This document shows positions 60,101-64,000 of a DNA stretch of 64,000 bases, piece by piece. A model generated the notes under the pieces. It did no database searches and had not been told where the DNA came from. It saw only the letters and a list, made by a program, of their open reading frames with translations. A program made the translations under genes and the position numbers. The stretch comes from Haliotis cracherodii. Taxonomy: Eukaryota. The stretch is taken from positions 68,386,001 to 68,450,000 of the forward strand of contig NW_027266275.1 of assembly GCF_022045235.1 (NCBI RefSeq). Reading direction: 5' to 3'. Each line of letters starts with the position of its first letter. Positions within the stretch are counted from its first letter, which is position 1.

Positions 60101-63100
60101 TGGGATCCTATATGTTATGCATCGAATCATGATGTATCGATGAATCAGAGTATCATGGAACACCATCTTAAAACTAGATGGAGTATATATATTTTGTCTG
60201 AACCTAACAAGGGAGTGCTGCAACTTCCCCTGTCATACACCACAACAAACATCCTGTGCTTGCCCCTTGCTACATTCACAATCAGGGCACGAATGTTGTT
60301 CACATACAACCTAAATGTTAGGAGGCCAACAATGTCATTGAAGTCAAAGGGAACATGTCAGAAGACGAATGTCAAGAATGAAGGGGAGAGGAGGTATATA
60401 ACTGCAACAATTTTGAACGCAACGTTAAACCCCCAGCCAGGTTTTTGTATGAACAAACAAAGGGGCATAACTCTTGTCGAGTGAGTGAATGAGTATGGTT
60501 TTACGCCGTTTCTGGCAATATTCAAGCAATATCACGGCGAGGGACACCCGAAATGGGCTTCACACATTGTACCCATGTCAGGAATCGAACCCAGGTCTTC
60601 GGCGTGATGAGCAAATGCTTTAACCACTAGGATACCAGACCGCCCAACTCTTGTCGAAGCTCAACAGTAAATGCTCTTTATAATGCATGTGTTTGTGGGT
60701 TCTTTTAAACTTCAATTAGCATTATACCAGCTACATCACAGAGGCCTGTAAACCACGAAAACCAGTTGTTGATAGCATGAGCAAGGTCAGATCCAGAATT
60801 TTTACAAGGGGGGGACCCCGTGGACCCCTCCTCTGGATCCGCCTGTGATGAGCAACAATTCCAGGCGTCGGGTTACAATAAGCCAGGTTCCAGAGTGTGA
60901 ATATCCTATTACATCAGTCATGGGGCAATGGGGATGTATTCTGACCCAGATTCACACAGGGTATACTTAAAATCTTGTTCACAAGTAATTGCAATATAAT
61001 ATTCTATACAAAAACTAGTTTGGTTTGAGTTTCTTTTCTTTATTCTAAACCAGTAATATTGCAACTATATGAGGGTGTTCTGTCACTTATCAAGTCTGGA
61101 CCAGACAATCCAGTGTTTGACATCCTGAGCATCGATCCCGTTACTTGCCTCTTTCAACAAGCATGAGTTGCAGAAGACCAATTCTAACCCGGACCCTCTG
61201 GTTTTTGTTTCTTTCAACCAACAAAAAAGAGAAATTGAAAGCTTATTCCTACATCACTGAAGATTGTAGAGCCAATTCACTGTACGTCTAGCCATCAATC
61301 AGACACTGACCTGGGATGTCGGTGTGATGTGACGGACCATGGAGCTCTCGTACAGAGACCGCGGGCGCCGGCTCCGACCAGGCATGTCCACTTCGTAGCT
61401 AATGCTGATGTCGGAGATTTGTGACCGGGAGTCCAGCAGGTCTCCGATACTCTTTGCTCGGTGTAGGCTAAAGGGAGACAATCAATGACTTTGTTTGTCA
61501 GGAACTGTCTTACAGATCAAAAGGGTCATGAACAATGAATAACCTGTTTTTCATCATCATCAACATGATCAGCGTTCCCGTTTACCAGTAACTAACAGTT
61601 TTTTAGGCTTGGATCAGTAATTCTTGTAACTGCCAGTGCCTGTGGACCGGCAAATAAGGTATCTTGTACATCTTCGTTGTTGAACAAAACATCATCGATT
61701 GTCAAAGAAGTATTTTTTTCGACCGAGGTCAGCTTGTCTGTTTTCATCAGGGTTTCCCGTTGTCTATTTTTCATGCAAGGAAATATTATTTCGCTTTGCC
61801 TCAAGGTTAAATATCTTAGTCTTGAATTAAAGTGAAATATTCAGAAAAAAGGGAAAATAGTGACTGAACTTTGTGCGATTTTTATAGTTGCCAGTCCAAT
61901 GGGGCTGACAGTTCCGAAAGCCAGCGTGAATACTGATGATGTTTGTAATCTAAAACATCCATGTATATAAAGACAACAAATCAGCGCGATTCATTTAACA
62001 AAATCTGAGTCTTACATCAGTTCTAAAAATGCAAAGATTATCTGATTTATGCGAGGAGTCATATTTCTTTATAAAAACAACTATACTCTTAAATTGGAAT
62101 CTGTTTTCTGCCATCTGAAAAAGACACACATGATGACCTGGTCATTTGGAAAGTAAGCTTCTGATGCAAAAGTTTTTAAATGACCTTATGGATTGAAAAC
62201 TTATAATACAACTAAAGAATGTTTTCATAGGATGTGGATTGAGTAACTGAGTGAGTGGTTTTAGGCCGCTTTTAGCAATATTCCAGATATATCACGACGG
62301 GGGGAAACGGAAATGGGCTTCAGACATTGTTCCCATGTCAGATGTTGATAGAAAAAGTAGAATATCGGAATATATTCTCCAATTAATACTTAGCCTGCAT
62401 TACATTATGCACATTGTGGCTTTCAGGTCGAAAGCATCCATGGAAAGAAGATTCAGAGGATTGTATTCCTGATATATATAAAGTTGTTGAACCAGCAGTA
62501 TCCCAATGACCGCTCCCTGGAGTTACCTCCCTTTACCCCTCTCTGTTGTCATTCTTGTTTCTTTCAATATGCATAATGTAATTCAGGCTAAGTAACAAAT
62601 ACTATGAAAAAGCAGATGTATATATACTTGTGCGCTCTTAAAAAGCACCTATTAATACATAAAGAATATCTGGTATCAGTTACAATAAAAAAGATTAGAG
62701 TTTTGCCAGCTCAATTCAGAGATCTGAAGATTTCTAAAGGCATATTTAAAAAGTCTAACAATATCTGTACTCCTTGTAACTTAAATGATGTGAAAAACAA
62801 GTCTGTTATGCATATTTGTAAACTCAATCTTCAACTAAGAAACAAATATATTCCAAAGTACATGCTACCCAAATATCACTATGAAAAAGTCAGCATACAA
62901 TGATTCAAATGTACCCAATGATTCTGCTTTCATACTTTGTTTTATCACTGGAATGTGACTGTGGTTTTTTTAGGATTTCTATCACAGTGTAAATGAAATG
63001 AAAAACGTATCCAAACCCTACTGCTTAATCCACTATTCACCAACATGACCCCTCAGTATATCCCAAACTTCCATGTCAAGCCTAGTACCAGCTTGCATCA

Positions 63101-64000
63101 CAGATCACCCTCTAAAGGTGGAGAAAACTACGTCCAGATTGTGTGGACATGAGCGTGTGTGACCGTGTGACTCACAGTTGAGAGTGATCCGTGTGGCGAC
63201 TGCTTCCGACAGCGTCAGTGAAGGACAGAGGGAACCAACCAAACCTGGGAATAGTAAGTGAAAAGGAATTACCCCTTTATACAGTCGTTCACTTAAATCA
63301 TGGCATGTCAGCAGAGATGGTTGAACCCCTCTGGTTAAACCCACAATCAGAAGCAGGGTTAGAAATAAGCACTAGCCCGCTAGCCAGGGGCTAGTACAAA
63401 TTCCTGTGGGCTAGTACAAATTTCTCAATTTTCACATTGTTTTAACATTTAATACAAGGGCATTTTATCTTTACCTGGGCTAGTAAAGTTTTTGTGCTTA
63501 GTTCTAACCCTGAGACTCAGGCTATAGCATATCCTGACAACTAGGGGAGACAACTCTACACAGTCATTAGGTGAGTGAGTTGAACATTGTATTGGCAATA
63601 ACGTGAAGCTTCCTATGACAGATTGCCAGCACAGGTTTGATGCAGACAAAATAAATCATTATCAGGATGAAAATGAGATGAGAACAAATTATTAGATCCT
63701 GGTACAAGGAAGGGAAACAACTCTGCACAGTGAATTGCAGTGCCTTTAGCTATGTTTGGCAACTGGAAATGTGAATATAATCGTTACAGCTGATAACACC
63801 AATATCATAGATATACCATCATATAGCAAGCATACCAATAATATCCAAATCATCAACCGGAATCCCCAGGGGGTCAAAAGTATGATGACAGAAACAATTT
63901 GAGTGTGACAGTCTGAGCTATGAGCCACTGAAACGGACAGCTGACAACAGAACTATGACCTACTTTCCAGTGTGAGCATTAAGGCCGTACTGCCATCCGT
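54019..64000 (-). CDS. BAIAP2: IRSp53/BAIAP2-family I-BAR-SH3 adaptor gene, 3' portion; begins beyond 64000
   Basis: Join >64000-63964, 63244-63176, 61467-61311, (59785-59558), 55923-55292, 54100-54019. GT-AG introns with consistent phases. Encodes SH3 end GWQYGLNAHTGKFGWFPLSFT, then RAKSIGDLLD, a Pro-rich tract, and C-terminal NPMFANVALRKTLTNDRSAPRLK*, matching the IRSp53/IRTKS terminal motif. Confidence 0.88.
54112..55265. repeat. 32-bp minisatellite filling the last intron
   Basis: Unit cctgttccatggagcatagaccctctttaaca. Confidence 0.95.
55292..55923 (-). CDS. BAIAP2: BAIAP2-like proline-rich exon
   Basis: Phase-0 acceptor ttccttcaagcag (alternative start 55926); donor CC|gtaagt in phase 2 joins the last exon in frame. 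Confidence 0.85.
56310..57785. repeat. 19-20-bp minisatellite (intronic)
   Basis: (acaacaaacagcacctcat[a])n. Confidence 0.95.
59558..59785 (-). CDS. BAIAP2: BAIAP2-like candidate cassette exon (76 codons)
   Basis: ttgcattccag|CCC...AAG|gtactg; 228 nt, phase 0/0, stop-free, GC-richer than the flanks. Confidence 0.6.
60481..60645 (-). mobile_element. SINE family A
   Basis: TSD aactcttgtcga. Confidence 0.9.
61017..61195 (-). mobile_element. SINE family B (diverged)
   Basis: gtctggaccagacaatccagtg...ttctaacccgga. Confidence 0.7.
61311..61467 (-). CDS. BAIAP2: BAIAP2-like exon after SH3
   Basis: tctccctttag|C...CAG|gtcagt; LHRAKSIGDLLDSRSQ... Confidence 0.88.
62389..62593. repeat. 29-bp inverted repeat pair (MITE-like)
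   Basis: acttagcctgcattacattatgcacattg / caatatgcataatgtaattcaggctaagt. Confidence 0.6.
63176..63244 (-). CDS. BAIAP2: BAIAP2-like exon, SH3 C-terminal strand
   Basis: attcccag|G...CT|gtgagt; 69 nt; FGWFPLSFTDAVGSSRHTDHSQ. Confidence 0.88.
63354..63512. mobile_element. MITE family E
   Basis: Perfect 11-bp TIR CAGGGTTAGAA / TTCTAACCCTG; internal gggctagt repeats. Confidence 0.7.
63964..64000 (-). CDS. BAIAP2: BAIAP2-like SH3 exon (partial)
   Basis: GWQYGLNAHTG AA|gtaggt; phase 2 fits the next exon. Confidence 0.8.

Overview
Eukaryotic, intron-containing invertebrate DNA. The tRNA-derived SINEs and gene set suggest a mollusc, possibly a gastropod such as abalone; this is an inference from recall, not verified. 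All host genes are on the minus strand. Left end: the 5' six coding exons of polycystin-2 (PKD2/TRPP2), with ATG at 7531 and the gene running off the window at 1. Middle (about 28-42 kb): a tandem array of four intact, intronless, signal-peptide-bearing Yellow/major royal jelly protein (MRJP) genes in a CpG-rich, transposon-dense interval. Right end: the 3' part of an IRSp53/BAIAP2-family gene (end of SH3, Pro-rich region, C-terminal NP.FA.V.LR.T.TNDRSAP motif, stop at 54019), probably with a very long 3' UTR. The rest is four SINE families (many with TSDs), Tc1/mariner remnants, decayed LINEs, MITEs, two related long-hairpin elements, an inverted repeat carrying hammerhead-ribozyme cores, and several minisatellites. 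The most notable system is the diversifying intronless yellow-like cluster in an apparently non-insect animal. Most short ORFs in the supplied track are spurious.
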